From NCBI GenBank assembly GCA_905612465.1, contig CAJQSC010000004.1:5443-69442 (forward strand): a stretch of 64,000 bases of DNA, given 5' to 3'. The translations under genes and the position numbers were made by a program. Each line of letters starts with the position of its first letter. Positions within the stretch are counted from its first letter, which is position 1. The notes beneath the pieces are model-generated. The model did not search any database. It saw only the letters and a program-made list of their open reading frames with translations, and was not told the DNA's origin. Source of the stretch: an uncultured Candidatus Pelagibacter sp. (GTDB lineage: Bacteria; Pseudomonadota; Alphaproteobacteria; Pelagibacterales; Pelagibacteraceae). Below, piece by piece: positions 1 through 10,847 of the stretch.

Positions 1-696
1 AAAAAATATTTTGATGAAGAAAATATTAAGAATACTTTTGTTGGTCATCCCTTAATTGAAAAAAAAGATAATGTAATAACAACATTAGATAACTTAATTT
101 CTAAAGACAAAAAAATTATATCTTTATTTCCAGGTAGTAGAAAATCAGAAACTAATGTTCTTTTGCCAATTTTATTAAATTTTATTGAATTGATGAACAA
201 AAAAAATCTTGATCATTCATTTGTTTTTCATGCAACAGACGAAAATAAAGAGTTTATAATAGATAAGGTAAAAAATACTAATTCAAACAATATAGACGTT
301 ATTTCAGATGAAAATATAAAAGATCAGGTTTTATCTAATTCAATTTTTGCAGTCTCTAAATCTGGAACAATTTCACTTCAAATTTCTAGTGCCAATATTC
401 CTTCAATAATTATTTACAAATTAAGTTTTATAAATTTTATGATTTTTAAATTATTGGTTAATATTAAATTTGCAAATATCATTAATATTATTAATGACAA
501 AGAGGTAATTCCAGAATTATTACAAAAGGAATGTAATGCAGAAGAGATATATAAAACTGTTACATATTTTCTTAAAAATCCAAAGTTAATTGAAAAGCAA
601 TTAATTGATTGTAAAAAAACTTTAGAGGGAATTAAGTCAAAATCTTCTTCATCAAGTGAAGCAGCTTTAATATTAAGTAATTATCTTATTTCCTAA
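1..696 (+). CDS. lpxB: Lipid-A-disaccharide synthase, 3' part (starts before the window)
   Basis: Frame is open from base 1 (KKYFDEENIKNTFVGHPL...LFPGSRKSE...SGT...PELLQ); these are LpxB motifs. The track start at 163 is internal. Confidence 0.93.
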   Translation, partial: KKYFDEENIKNTFVGHPLIEKKDNVITTLDNLISKDKKIISLFPGSRKSETNVLLPILLNFIELMNKKNLDHSFVFHATDENKEFIIDKVKNTNSNNIDVISDENIKDQVLSNSIFAVSKSGTISLQISSANIPSIIIYKLSFINFMIFKLLVNIKFANIINIINDKEVIPELLQKECNAEEIYKTVTYFLKNPKLIEKQLIDCKKTLEGIKSKSSSSSEAALILSNYLIS

Positions 697-2073
697 TCTT
701 CGCTCTACTTCCTCTTTACCTAGGGAAATTATTATATCATATAAACCAGGTCCAAATTTTGATCCAGTTAATGCAACTCTTAATGGTTGACCTACACCCT
801 TAAAATTAGTTTCATATTTTTTTATTAAATCATTAACTATTGGCTCAAGTGTTTCTTTATCTAATGTGTTTAATGAAATTAGATTTTCTTTAAACTCTTT
901 AATAATGCTTTTTGCTTTATCATCAATCAATTCTAAATCTTTATCTTCGAATTTTACATCATCAAAAATTATATATTTAGCGTTATTAAATATATCCTCC
1001 AATGTCTTTGCTTTATTCTTAAGAAATGTTAATGAAGGTTTAATCTTAGCTTCTTTTTCTGGTTTAATTTTTTCCTTATAAATTCCACAATATTTGACAA
1101 GATGATCGTAAAGTTCATTTTCATCAATAGTTTTAATATAATGTTCATTCATTGATAGTATTCTACTCATATCTAGTTTTGATGGAGATTTACCAATCCC
1201 TTCTAAATTAAAGTACTGAATGCTTTCCTCTAGTGTAAATATTTCTTTATCTTGATAAGACCAGCCTAATCTTAATAAGTAATTTCTTAAAGCATCGGGC
1301 ATTATTCCTATCTTAGAATAATCATCTAATGTTGATGCATTATCTCTTTTTGATAGTTTTTTCCCTTCAATAGTGTGTATCAATGGAATGTGAGCAAATA
1401 AAGGAACCTCCCATTTCATACCTAAATAGATTTGCATCTGTTTGAATGTATTAATTTTGTGATCGTCACCTCTAATTATATGTGTCATGTTCATTTGATG
1501 ATCATCTACGGTTGCTGAAAGATTGTATGTTGGTGTTCCATCGTTTCTTAGAATTATAAAATCTTCTATTGTAGTATTTTCTATTTCAACATCTCCTTGC
1601 ACTAAATCTTTAAGTATTGAGGAGCCTTCAATTTTACTTTTAAATCTTACAACTGGCTGAACATCTTTTGGAGCCTCGCTTTCACTCAATTCTCTACATT
1701 TTCTATTGTATGTGTAAGGAAGTTTTTTTTGTCTAGCTCTTTTCTTTTGATCTTCTATTTCTTCAGTAGAGCAATAGCATTTATAAGCATGACTATTTTT
1801 AAGTAGATCATTTGCAACAGCTATATGATCATTAATTTTTTTTGATTGAATATATAGTTCACCATCATGCTCTATACCAATCCATTTTAATGATTTTATA
1901 ATTTGATCTTTATGCTCATCTTTAGATCTTTCCTTATCAGTGTCCTCAATTCTTAAATGAAAAGTTCCCTTTTTATTTTTTGAAAACAACCAGCAAAATA
2001 GAGCAGTTCTTACACCACCAATATGAAGGGCACCAGTAGGTGAGGGAGCAAATCTTGTTGCAACATTGGACAT
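673..2073 (-). CDS. gltX: Glutamate--tRNA ligase
   Basis: TRFAPSPTG, HIGG (HIGH), LRIEDTD, KLSKR motifs. Confidence 0.97.
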   Translation of the reverse strand: MSNVATRFAPSPTGALHIGGVRTALFCWLFSKNKKGTFHLRIEDTDKERSKDEHKDQIIKSLKWIGIEHDGELYIQSKKINDHIAVANDLLKNSHAYKCYCSTEEIEDQKKRARQKKLPYTYNRKCRELSESEAPKDVQPVVRFKSKIEGSSILKDLVQGDVEIENTTIEDFIILRNDGTPTYNLSATVDDHQMNMTHIIRGDDHKINTFKQMQIYLGMKWEVPLFAHIPLIHTIEGKKLSKRDNASTLDDYSKIGIMPDALRNYLLRLGWSYQDKEIFTLEESIQYFNLEGIGKSPSKLDMSRILSMNEHYIKTIDENELYDHLVKYCGIYKEKIKPEKEAKIKPSLTFLKNKAKTLEDIFNNAKYIIFDDVKFEDKDLELIDDKAKSIIKEFKENLISLNTLDKETLEPIVNDLIKKYETNFKGVGQPLRVALTGSKFGPGLYDIIISLGKEEVERRLGNKIIT

Positions 2074-2095
2074 GTGTGATTTTTAGACTATTTTC

Positions 2096-2773
2096 TTAAA
2101 AGTTTCTATATAAAGATACTAGAACACCTTGAACTTTTACTCTATCAGGGCCAAATATTTTAGTTTCGTAGTTTCTATTAGCACTTTCGAGGGCAACTGT
2201 TTTGCCTTTTCTTCTAATTCTTTTTAACATAGCTTCGTGCTCATCTATTAAAGCCACAACAATTTTACCATTGTCAGCAGTGTCAGATCTTCTAATAATA
2301 ACTGTATCACCTTCATTGATACCAGCTTCAATCATTGAATCACCCTGAACTTTAAGTCCAAAATACTGGCCATTTTTTTCAAGGTTACTTGGAAGAGGTA
2401 TTCTAGAAACTTCATTTTGTATTGCCTCAACAGGAGTACCTGCAGCAATACTTCCTAAAACAGGTATTTCCATTTCATTTATATTATTACTTTCTGTATC
2501 TAAACCACCCCTAATAACACTTGGTGAAAAACTATTATAAATATCGTTAGCAGAGGCTGTTTCTGGAAGCTTTATCACCTCTAAGGCTCTTGCTTTATGA
2601 GGAAGTCTTCTAATAAATCCTCTTTCTTCTAAAGCACTTATTAATCTATGAATTCCTGATTTAGACTTTAAATTTAGCGAAACTTTCATTTCCTCGTAAG
2701 AAGGGGACACACCTGAAGCCCTCAACTTTTTGTTGATAAATAAAAGCAAGTTTTTTTGTTTTTTAGTTAGCAT
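2096..2773 (-). CDS. lexA: SOS repressor LexA (alphaproteobacterial type)
   Basis: N-terminal wHTH (PSYEEM..LNLKSKSGIHRLI), AAG cleavage site, GDSM Ser and LKR Lys catalytic motifs. Confidence 0.97.
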   Translation of the reverse strand: MLTKKQKNLLLFINKKLRASGVSPSYEEMKVSLNLKSKSGIHRLISALEERGFIRRLPHKARALEVIKLPETASANDIYNSFSPSVIRGGLDTESNNINEMEIPVLGSIAAGTPVEAIQNEVSRIPLPSNLEKNGQYFGLKVQGDSMIEAGINEGDTVIIRRSDTADNGKIVVALIDEHEAMLKRIRRKGKTVALESANRNYETKIFGPDRVKVQGVLVSLYRNF

Positions 2774-2775
2774 AA

Positions 2776-2790
2776 GAACAAATAAAGTAC
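2776..2790. promoter_or_regulatory. Second, degenerate LexA box GAAC-N7-GTAC
   Basis: GAAC-aaataaa-GTAC lies 2 bp from the lexA ATG, in the opposite orientation to the first box. Confidence 0.6.
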
Positions 2791-2797
2791 AGAATCT

Positions 2798-2812
2798 GTT
2801 CTACAAGTGTTC
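2798..2812. promoter_or_regulatory. LexA (SOS) box GTTC-N7-GTTC upstream of lexA
   Basis: GTTC-tacaagt-GTTC matches the alphaproteobacterial LexA direct repeat exactly, about 25 bp before the lexA start. Confidence 0.88.
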
Positions 2813-2861
2813 TTCTACTTTAACAATAGCTAAAAAGTGTTTAAAATTGGGGTTTATTTGA

Positions 2862-3653
2862 CTAAAGAACTGAGAAAATTGAATTATTATTCAAGTTTTT
2901 CAAAAGTGATTCACCGATTAAAAAAGTTTTAATATTTGTATTTTTGGATATTTCCAAAAGCTCTTCTTTTGTTTTAATTCCACTTTCAGAAATTAATGGT
3001 CCAGAGTGATTAATCAAAATATCATGGATATCATAAGTTGTATTTATATCTGTCTTTAATGTTTTAAGATTTCTATTATTAATACCAATTAGTGCATCTT
3101 TAAAATTAAGAGCTCTTCTTGCTTCTTCAACAGTGTGTACTTCAACTATTATTGACATATCAAATTTTAGAGCCTCTTCGTACAACTCAAAAGCAAGATC
3201 ATCAGAAACACCAGCTAGTATAATTAATATAGCATCTGCTCCATAACTCTTTGCAAGAGGTACTTGAAATTTATCTATAAAAAAATCTTTACAGAGAATG
3301 GGAAGATTTATTTTTTCTTTAACTTTACTCACATGTATTAAATTACCTAGAAAGAAATCTTCCTCAGTTAATATTGACAAACATGTTGTTTTATTTTTGT
3401 AATAAATTTCTGCAATCTCTATAGGGTTGTATTCCTTTATAATAATGCCAGCAGAAGGGCTGGCTTTTTTGATTTCAGCAATTAATGAAATCTTATTATC
3501 TATAATATTGTTTTGAATCTTTGCCTTAAAATTAACAAATGATTTATTTTCATCAATTTTTTCAATTAATAGCTTTAATGAAGTAGTTTTTTTTAATAAA
3601 TCAACTCGTTCAATTTTTTTTTTTATTATCCTATCTAAAGTGTTTTCAGACAT
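2862..3653 (-). CDS. trpC: Indole-3-glycerol phosphate synthase
   Basis: IAEIKKASPSAG, KDF, GINNRNL, SESGI motifs; within the trp cluster. Confidence 0.96.
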   Translation of the reverse strand: MSENTLDRIIKKKIERVDLLKKTTSLKLLIEKIDENKSFVNFKAKIQNNIIDNKISLIAEIKKASPSAGIIIKEYNPIEIAEIYYKNKTTCLSILTEEDFFLGNLIHVSKVKEKINLPILCKDFFIDKFQVPLAKSYGADAILIILAGVSDDLAFELYEEALKFDMSIIVEVHTVEEARRALNFKDALIGINNRNLKTLKTDINTTYDIHDILINHSGPLISESGIKTKEELLEISKNTNIKTFLIGESLLKNLNNNSIFSVL

Positions 3654-4638
3654 TTTGTAATCTTTTTAAATTTTCATATGTTTTTCCTGACAAGATATGT
3701 TTTTTAGCATTCTCATAGGCATTATTAAATGAAGAATATTTGTCTGCAACAATTAGTCCAGCAGCAGTATTTAAACAAACAGCTTTAGAAAAATCATTAT
3801 CTTCACCTTTAAATATATCAACCATTTTATTTGCATTAAATTTAGCATCATCTCCTAACAAATCTTCAAATTTATTTGCATCTATATTTAATTCCTTAGG
3901 ATCAATAGTAATTTCTGAAATTTTACCATCCTTTAATTGAACAACATTTGTTTTTGCATATGGTGATATTTCATCTAAGCCATCTTCACTATTTACAATC
4001 CAAGCAAATTTTATATTTAAGTTTTTTAAAGCTTCAGCAAAAATTTTAAGTAATCTTTTATCATAAACACCAACAACTTGTCGCTCGACAAGAGCGGGAC
4101 TACTTAAAGGACCTATCATATTGAATATTGTTCTTTTACCTATTTTTTTCCTTGTTGGACCCACAAAACTCATTGCACTATGATAATTTGGTGCAAACAT
4201 GAACCCAAAGTTATTTTCCTTTATTTGCTTTTCTATATCTTTAGGTTCTAAATCAATCTTGATATTTAAAGCTTCCAAAACATCACCAGATCCACATTTA
4301 GATGAAACTGCTTTATTTCCATGTTTTGCTACTTTAACTCCCATACTAGCTAATAACAGAGCTGAAGCTGTTGATATGTTGAGCGTATTCATTCCATCAC
4401 CACCAGTCCCACATGTATCAATACAGTCTTTAACGTTAACCCTTTTAGACTTATCTCTTAAAACGTAAACACCACCAGCTATCTCATCCGAAACCTCACC
4501 TTTTGCGGAAAGTAGAGTTAAAAAATCAAATATTTCATCATCAGAAACTTTACCAATCATCAGCATTTCAAAAGCATCTTTACTTTCATTAAATGATAAA
4601 TTTTGTTTATTCTTTAGCTTTTCAATAAATTTTTTCAT
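3646..4638 (-). CDS. trpD: Anthranilate phosphoribosyltransferase
   Basis: DTCGTGGDG, NIST, KHGNKAVSSKCGS, GLDE motifs. Confidence 0.97.
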   Translation of the reverse strand: MKKFIEKLKNKQNLSFNESKDAFEMLMIGKVSDDEIFDFLTLLSAKGEVSDEIAGGVYVLRDKSKRVNVKDCIDTCGTGGDGMNTLNISTASALLLASMGVKVAKHGNKAVSSKCGSGDVLEALNIKIDLEPKDIEKQIKENNFGFMFAPNYHSAMSFVGPTRKKIGKRTIFNMIGPLSSPALVERQVVGVYDKRLLKIFAEALKNLNIKFAWIVNSEDGLDEISPYAKTNVVQLKDGKISEITIDPKELNIDANKFEDLLGDDAKFNANKMVDIFKGEDNDFSKAVCLNTAAGLIVADKYSSFNNAYENAKKHILSGKTYENLKRLQNV

Positions 4639-5210
4639 TAGTTCTTATAATTAATAAAATTTTTTAATATTTTGATACCAATAATAGTTTTTATACTTTC
4701 AGGGTGAAATTGAACACCATGAACATTATATTTTTTATGTTTTACACCCATTATAAGCCCATCTCTAGTTTGTGCTGTAATCTCAAGCTCTTTAGATAGT
4801 GTTTTTTTATCAATAATTAGACTGTGATATCTTGTGGCAACAAATTTGGAAGGGAGGTTTTTTAAAATTCCAGTTCTATATGTCTCAATTATACTAGTTT
4901 TTCCATGCATTAATTTTTTAGCTTGAATAATTTTTGAACCAAATACTTGTCCAATAATTTGATGACCTAAACATACACCAAGTATTGGAATTTTTTTATA
5001 AAGGGCTTGAACTATTTTAATACAATTTCCTGATTGATTTGGATTCCCAGGACCTGGTGATATTACAATTTTATCGTATTTTTTTTTAACTATTTGTTTA
5101 TCCGTAATTTCATCATTTCTAACAACATCAACTTTAGCTTTTAGAGACGACAAGTAGTGATACAAATTAAATGTAAAACTGTCATAATTATCGATTAATA
5201 TAATTTTCAT
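4638..5210 (-). CDS. trpG: Anthranilate synthase component II (glutamine amidotransferase)
   Basis: IDNYDSFT, SPGPG, GVCLGHQ, QFHPES. Confidence 0.95.
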   Translation of the reverse strand: MKIILIDNYDSFTFNLYHYLSSLKAKVDVVRNDEITDKQIVKKKYDKIVISPGPGNPNQSGNCIKIVQALYKKIPILGVCLGHQIIGQVFGSKIIQAKKLMHGKTSIIETYRTGILKNLPSKFVATRYHSLIIDKKTLSKELEITAQTRDGLIMGVKHKKYNVHGVQFHPESIKTIIGIKILKNFINYKN

Positions 5211-6664
5211 TATTTAAGAGCGTTCAGTAATGCTTTTGCTTTATTAACAGTTTCTTTATATTCTTTAATTGGATTACTATCGGCAACAATACCTGCGCCT
5301 GCTTGTACATAAAATTTGTTATTTTTTGCAACAGCTGTTCTTAAGGCTATACACGTGTCAAACTCACCATTTGCAGAAAAATAACCTATGCCACCAGCAT
5401 AGACTTTTCTTCTGGTTGTTTCTAGCTCATCAATAATTTCCATGGCTCTAATTTTAGGTGCACCAGAAACAGTTCCAGCTGGAAAACCAGCAAGTAATGA
5501 TTTAAATCTTGAATATTTTTTATTATAAACTCCCATTACATTAGATACTATATGCATTACATGGGAATATTTTTCTATCATAAAGCTCTCTGTAACTTTA
5601 ACAGTTCCAATTTTTGACACCTTGCCAGCATCGTTTCTCCCTAAATCAAGTAGCATTAAATGTTCTGAAAGCTCTTTTTTATCTTGTAATAAATCTTTTG
5701 CAAAAAAATTATCCTGTTTTGTGTTTTTACCCCTAGGTCGTGTTCCCGCTATAGGTCTAACTGTAATTTTATTATCTCTTAGTCTAACTAGAATTTCAGG
5801 ACTGGCTCCAATTATTTGAAAATCTTTAAAATTAAAAAAGTACATAAAAGGAGAGGGGTTAGTAACTCTTAATTTCTTATAAATTTCTAGGGGTCTTTTA
5901 GTTAATTTAGCTTCAAATCTTTGACTTAAAACTACTTGAAAAATATCACCAATTTTAATGTATTTTTTGGCTCTATTAACCATTTCTAAAAACTTGTTTT
6001 TAGTCGTATTAGATCTAACTTTAATATTAGTTTTAGTCGCTTTATAAGAGTTATTTTTTTCTAGAGAGGCCTGAATTAACAGATCATTTATTTCACTTTC
6101 AATTGCTAAATATTTTATTTTATAATTTGAAATTTTTTCATCACCAAATGTATTTATAATATAATAAATCTTCTTTTTTAAATTATCGTGGATAACCAAT
6201 GTTCTTGGCCTTAAAAGTCGTACGTCAGGGAGTTTTAAATCATCCTTACATTTGTTGGGAATTTTTTCGACGTATCTAATAGAATCGTAAGAAAAATATC
6301 CAGATATTAATGAGCAAATAGGAGGCAGTCCAACTGGCGTTTTGAACTTGAAGTTTTCTATTATTTTTTCAATAATTTTGTCTGGATCTCCCTTAATTTT
6401 TTTTTTAGCTTTATTTGTAATTAAATAAGAATTTTTATTATTAAATTCCCAAATTTTATCGGGATTTTTGCCGAATATAGTATATCTGCCCCTTATCTTT
6501 CCCTTCTCAACAGATTCAAAAATAAAGCTGTTTTTCTCATTAAGAAAATTATTTATTAAATTTAAAACTTCACGATCATCCTGTGTTTTCCTAGAAGTGT
6601 ATAAAATTTGATTTTTGTTTTTTTTGTGCTGAAACTTAAAATCATTAAAGTTTCGATTTAACAT
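5210..6664 (-). CDS. trpE: Anthranilate synthase component I
   Basis: FQVVLSQRF, NPSPFM, PIAGTRPRG, EHLMLLDLGRND, GAPKIRAM. Confidence 0.96.
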   Translation of the reverse strand: MLNRNFNDFKFQHKKNKNQILYTSRKTQDDREVLNLINNFLNEKNSFIFESVEKGKIRGRYTIFGKNPDKIWEFNNKNSYLITNKAKKKIKGDPDKIIEKIIENFKFKTPVGLPPICSLISGYFSYDSIRYVEKIPNKCKDDLKLPDVRLLRPRTLVIHDNLKKKIYYIINTFGDEKISNYKIKYLAIESEINDLLIQASLEKNNSYKATKTNIKVRSNTTKNKFLEMVNRAKKYIKIGDIFQVVLSQRFEAKLTKRPLEIYKKLRVTNPSPFMYFFNFKDFQIIGASPEILVRLRDNKITVRPIAGTRPRGKNTKQDNFFAKDLLQDKKELSEHLMLLDLGRNDAGKVSKIGTVKVTESFMIEKYSHVMHIVSNVMGVYNKKYSRFKSLLAGFPAGTVSGAPKIRAMEIIDELETTRRKVYAGGIGYFSANGEFDTCIALRTAVAKNNKFYVQAGAGIVADSNPIKEYKETVNKAKALLNALK

Positions 6665-8085
6665 TATCTAAAGTAATTTTTTACTCTATCAAGGGTTTTC
6701 TCGTTAACCGTAACCTTGTATTTGCTATTTAATAGATAATCGTATGATTTTAATATTCCGTTTCTATTTTCTGCACTCGCTTCGTTAGAGATTGTATTAA
6801 ATATATTTGAATCTGGAGAAATTTTAGTATCTTCAAGTTTCGTAACCTTAGCTATGAATATGTTGTCTTCTCTATCAGCAATTAGAGTAAATGTGTTAAT
6901 TGGTAGCGTGTATAAAATTTTAACGGAATTATTTTCAAATTTATTAATATCCTTAATTGAGTTTAATTGAGTTTTTTCAACCTCACCATTCCCAAGTTTA
7001 TCAAATGAGGTTTGGTTAAATTCATTTTTATCTAATTGGTTTAGTATATCTTTATTAAATTCAAATTTTTCTTTTTGAAATAGAAGGTTTGTTATTTGTT
7101 TTACAAATCTTTCGTCACTTAATTTTGGTAATTTTTGAATAACATTGTCAATTTGATAAAAGATGAATGTTCCATTGTCTTCAAGTATTTCAATCTCATC
7201 TTTTCTAGAATTATAGATTTTATTTTCAATTGTCTCTTTATTTTCTAAATTAATATAATCTTTTTTTGTAATCACATTGACATTTAATTCATTTGTAATT
7301 GTCTTAAAATCTATGTTTTTAGATATCTTGTTGTCAATTTCATCGATTGCATCAAAAAAAGTCTGATTAAATTCATCTACACCCAATAAGTTTTTAGGTG
7401 TTATTATTGCATAAGAAAAATCAATATAATCTTGCTTAAGTTTTTCTGAATTTTCATCAATAAAAATTTTAATTTCCTGATTGGTAAATTCATCTACTTT
7501 TTTATAAAATCTATTTAATTTAATAAATTCAATATCTAATTTTCTATTGTTTTCTATAAAATATTTATTAGTTAAAAACTTGGGAGATTTCGCTCCACCA
7601 CTTATATATGCAAACAATTCTTTTTGTAGAACATTATTCTTTAATTTTATTTCATACATTGCTGCACTCATACTATTTGTAAGTAAAAATTTTTCATAAA
7701 GAGTTCTTTTAAAATTACCATTTTCATCAAGAAAGTTTTTATTTTTCTTAAGAGTTTCTGCAATTACTTCATCTGATATGACTAGGTCTAAATTTTTTAT
7801 TTCAAGTTCGAGTAAAGTCATTGAAACCATAGAAGACAAAAGTTCTTCAATTACATTTTTATCGATATTCTCTTTTATTACTTGCTGACTTAAGCCAGAT
7901 TGATTTAGGTAATCCATGAAATCTTGCGTAGAGATATTAGTGTTATTTATTTTAGCTATATTATTTTGATTTCCAGTGCTAAATCCTCCACCAAATCCAC
8001 CAAAGCCAAAAGCTATTATAATAACAAAAATTAGTATTAAGCCACCAATCTTTTTTTTTGTAAAATTTTTAAATGGATTTATCAT
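6664..8085 (-). CDS. ppiD: Membrane-anchored periplasmic folding chaperone, SurA-N/PpiD family
   Basis: N-terminal TM then SurA_N-like segment (IAKINNTNIS); sits at the conserved position between tpiA and trpE. Confidence 0.75.
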   Translation of the reverse strand: MINPFKNFTKKKIGGLILIFVIIIAFGFGGFGGGFSTGNQNNIAKINNTNISTQDFMDYLNQSGLSQQVIKENIDKNVIEELLSSMVSMTLLELEIKNLDLVISDEVIAETLKKNKNFLDENGNFKRTLYEKFLLTNSMSAAMYEIKLKNNVLQKELFAYISGGAKSPKFLTNKYFIENNRKLDIEFIKLNRFYKKVDEFTNQEIKIFIDENSEKLKQDYIDFSYAIITPKNLLGVDEFNQTFFDAIDEIDNKISKNIDFKTITNELNVNVITKKDYINLENKETIENKIYNSRKDEIEILEDNGTFIFYQIDNVIQKLPKLSDERFVKQITNLLFQKEKFEFNKDILNQLDKNEFNQTSFDKLGNGEVEKTQLNSIKDINKFENNSVKILYTLPINTFTLIADREDNIFIAKVTKLEDTKISPDSNIFNTISNEASAENRNGILKSYDYLLNSKYKVTVNEKTLDRVKNYFR

Positions 8086-8141
8086 TACATTATTAATTTA
8101 TTGATCTTTAAAATATCAAGCTATAGATTAAATTTTTCATT

Positions 8142-8882
8142 ATGACAAATAAATATATGTATTTTGTAGCTAATTGGAAAATGTATGGGAATTTATCTTC
8201 CTTAAATACATTGGATAAGGTTATTAAATTTTCAAAATCTAAAGAAATAAAGGGAGGTAGATTAATTTATTGTCCTCCAAATACTTTAATAAGTTCTTTT
8301 TCAAAAAAATTTAGTAATTGTCAAATTGGTATTGGTGGACAAAATTGTCATGAAAGCAAAGATTATGGTGCTCACACAGGTCATGTTAATTCCCGTATGT
8401 TAAAAAATATTGGTGCTCATTTTGTAATAATTGGTCATTCAGAAAATAGAGAACAGGGTGAAAGTGATAAACTAATTAATCTTAAAATTAAAAGTGCTCT
8501 TGAAGCTAAATTAAAAGTTATTTTTTGTATCGGTGAAACTTTAAGTGAAAAAAGAAAAAAAAAGACACGCTCAATTTTATCCAAACAAATTAAATTTGGT
8601 TTAAAAAATATTAAAAATAAATCAAATATTTTTTTAGCTTATGAACCTGTTTGGGCTATAGGCAGCGGTCTTATACCGAAACCTCAAGATCTTTTTAAAA
8701 CAGTAGAATTCATCAAAAGTAAATTTAAAGATAAATTACCAAAAGTTTTATATGGGGGTTCTGTAAATCCACAAAATATAAGAATCTTAAGAGAAATTAA
8801 TAATATTGATGGTTTTTTAATTGGTGGAGCATCTCAAAATGCTAAAAAATTTATTGATATAGTCAAAAAAACATATAGTTAA
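8142..8882 (+). CDS. tpiA: Triosephosphate isomerase
   Basis: NWKM, GHSE, AYEPVWAIG, YGGSV, GGAS. Confidence 0.97.
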   Translation: MTNKYMYFVANWKMYGNLSSLNTLDKVIKFSKSKEIKGGRLIYCPPNTLISSFSKKFSNCQIGIGGQNCHESKDYGAHTGHVNSRMLKNIGAHFVIIGHSENREQGESDKLINLKIKSALEAKLKVIFCIGETLSEKRKKKTRSILSKQIKFGLKNIKNKSNIFLAYEPVWAIGSGLIPKPQDLFKTVEFIKSKFKDKLPKVLYGGSVNPQNIRILREINNIDGFLIGGASQNAKKFIDIVKKTYS

Positions 8883-8887
8883 CCCTC

Positions 8888-9190
8888 ATGGAAAATATTC
8901 TATTAGTAGTCAACTTAGTACTAGCAACAATACTTGTACTGTTGATACTAGTCCAAAAATCTGAAGGTGGAGCACTTGGCATCGGTGTTTCTCAAGATAA
9001 TTTTATGCTTTCCAGATCTGCTGGTAATTTTATGGGCAAGGCTACAGCAGTAATTGCAACTTTATTCATAATTTGTAGCTTAGCTTTAACAATAATATCT
9101 AGAGGTGAGTTAACACCCACATCTTCTGTATTAGATGTCATTGAGGAAAAATCTAGTGACACTCCCTCAATCCCTGAAAATAATAATTAA
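8888..9190 (+). CDS. secG: Preprotein translocase subunit SecG
   Basis: Two TMs, LVQKSEGGALG motif; tpiA-secG-pyrG synteny. Confidence 0.93.
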   Translation: MENILLVVNLVLATILVLLILVQKSEGGALGIGVSQDNFMLSRSAGNFMGKATAVIATLFIICSLALTIISRGELTPTSSVLDVIEEKSSDTPSIPENNN

Positions 9191-9230
9191 TCCTTTTAAA
9201 TTCATTAATTAATCGCTATAAGATAATACC

Positions 9231-10847
9231 ATGGCGCGATTTATTTTTGTTACCGGCGGTGTGGTTTCCTCACTAGGAAAAGGTCTTTCCTCCGCATCCC
9301 TGGCATACCTACTACAATCTAGAGGCTTTAATGTTCGTTTAAGAAAACTTGATCCTTATTTAAATGTTGATCCAGGAACAATGAGTCCATTTCAACATGG
9401 CGAAGTCTTTGTAACAAATGATGGTGCTGAAACAGATTTAGATTTAGGTCACTATGAAAGATTTTCTGGAATATCTGCAAAAAAATCTGATAATATTACA
9501 ACTGGAAAAATTTATAGTGATGTTTTAAAAAAAGAACGTAAAGGAGGATACCTTGGAAAAACAGTTCAGGTTATTCCACACATAACTGACCGTATTAAAG
9601 ATTTTATAAAAAGTGATACATCAAAGGAAGACTTTGTAATTTGTGAAATTGGTGGAATAGTAGGTGATATAGAAAGCCTTCCATTCGTTGAGGCTATTAG
9701 ACAATTCTCTAATGATGTGGGCAAAAAAAATGCTTTATTTATTCACTTAACACTAGTCCCATACCTCAAAGCATCAGATGAAATAAAAACAAAACCCACT
9801 CAACACTCTGTAAAAGAATTAAGAAGTCTTGGTATACAGCCAGATATTATTATTTGCAGATCTGAAAGGCCAATACCCTTAGAGCATAGAAAAAAAATAT
9901 CTTTATTCTGCAATGTTGGAATTGAAAATGTAATTCAAACTGTTGATGTTAAAACTATTTACGAAGCACCAATTAGCTTCAATAGAGAAAATTTAGATAA
10001 GCAGGTACTTGAGTATTTTAAAATAAAATCTAGAAAAAAAGTTAATTTAAATCCTTGGAAAAAAATCACCAAAATTGTTCTGCACACAAAAAAATCAATC
10101 AATATTGCAATCATTGGAAAATATGTTGAGCTTAAAGATGCTTATAAATCATTAGATGAAGCCTTAACTCACGGTGGTATTGATAATAATTTAAAAATTA
10201 ATTTAGTGAGAATAGATTCTGAAAATTTAAAAATTTCTGAAATTAAAAAAAAATTAAAAGGAGTTTCTGGAATTCTGATACCGGGTGGATTTGGCAAAAG
10301 AGGAACAGAGGGTAAAATAGAAGCAATTAAATATGCTAGAGAGAAAAAAATTCCTTTTTTTGGAATTTGTTTTGGAATGCAGATGGCCATTATTGAATTT
10401 GCAAGGAATAAACTAAATATAAAAAAAGCTACATCTAGTGAGTTTGGATCTGGAGGAACCCCAATCATTGGTTTAATCTCTGAATGGAATAAGGATGGCA
10501 AATTAATTAAAGGAACTGATAAAGATCTTGGTGGCACTATGAGACTTGGTCTCTATGAGGCTAGATTAAAAGAAAATTCATTGATTAGAAAAATCTATAA
10601 ATCAAAATCAATTCAAGAAAGACACAGACATAGATACGAAGTTAACATAAGTTATAAAGATCAATTTGAAAAAAATGACCTTATCTTTTCAGGATTATCT
10701 CCAGATAAAAAATTACCAGAGATTATTGAGCTAAAAAACCACCCATGGTTTATTGCTGTTCAATTTCACCCAGAATTTAAATCTAGACCTTTAGCGCCAC
10801 ATCCTTTATTCTCATCATTTATCAAGGCTGCTAAAAATTATAAATGA
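9231..10847 (+). CDS. pyrG: CTP synthase
   Basis: [41 protein letters not shown]. Confidence 0.98.
   Translation: MARFIFVTGGVVSSLGKGLSSASLAYLLQSRGFNVRLRKLDPYLNVDPGTMSPFQHGEVFVTNDGAETDLDLGHYERFSGISAKKSDNITTGKIYSDVLKKERKGGYLGKTVQVIPHITDRIKDFIKSDTSKEDFVICEIGGIVGDIESLPFVEAIRQFSNDVGKKNALFIHLTLVPYLKASDEIKTKPTQHSVKELRSLGIQPDIIICRSERPIPLEHRKKISLFCNVGIENVIQTVDVKTIYEAPISFNRENLDKQVLEYFKIKSRKKVNLNPWKKITKIVLHTKKSINIAIIGKYVELKDAYKSLDEALTHGGIDNNLKINLVRIDSENLKISEIKKKLKGVSGILIPGGFGKRGTEGKIEAIKYAREKKIPFFGICFGMQMAIIEFARNKLNIKKATSSEFGSGGTPIIGLISEWNKDGKLIKGTDKDLGGTMRLGLYEARLKENSLIRKIYKSKSIQERHRHRYEVNISYKDQFEKNDLIFSGLSPDKKLPEIIELKNHPWFIAVQFHPEFKSRPLAPHPLFSSFIKAAKNYK

Noticed and set aside
6600-6700. trp leader peptide/attenuator
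   Set aside because: The trpE start overlaps the ppiD stop; there is no room for one and no Trp-codon leader is seen
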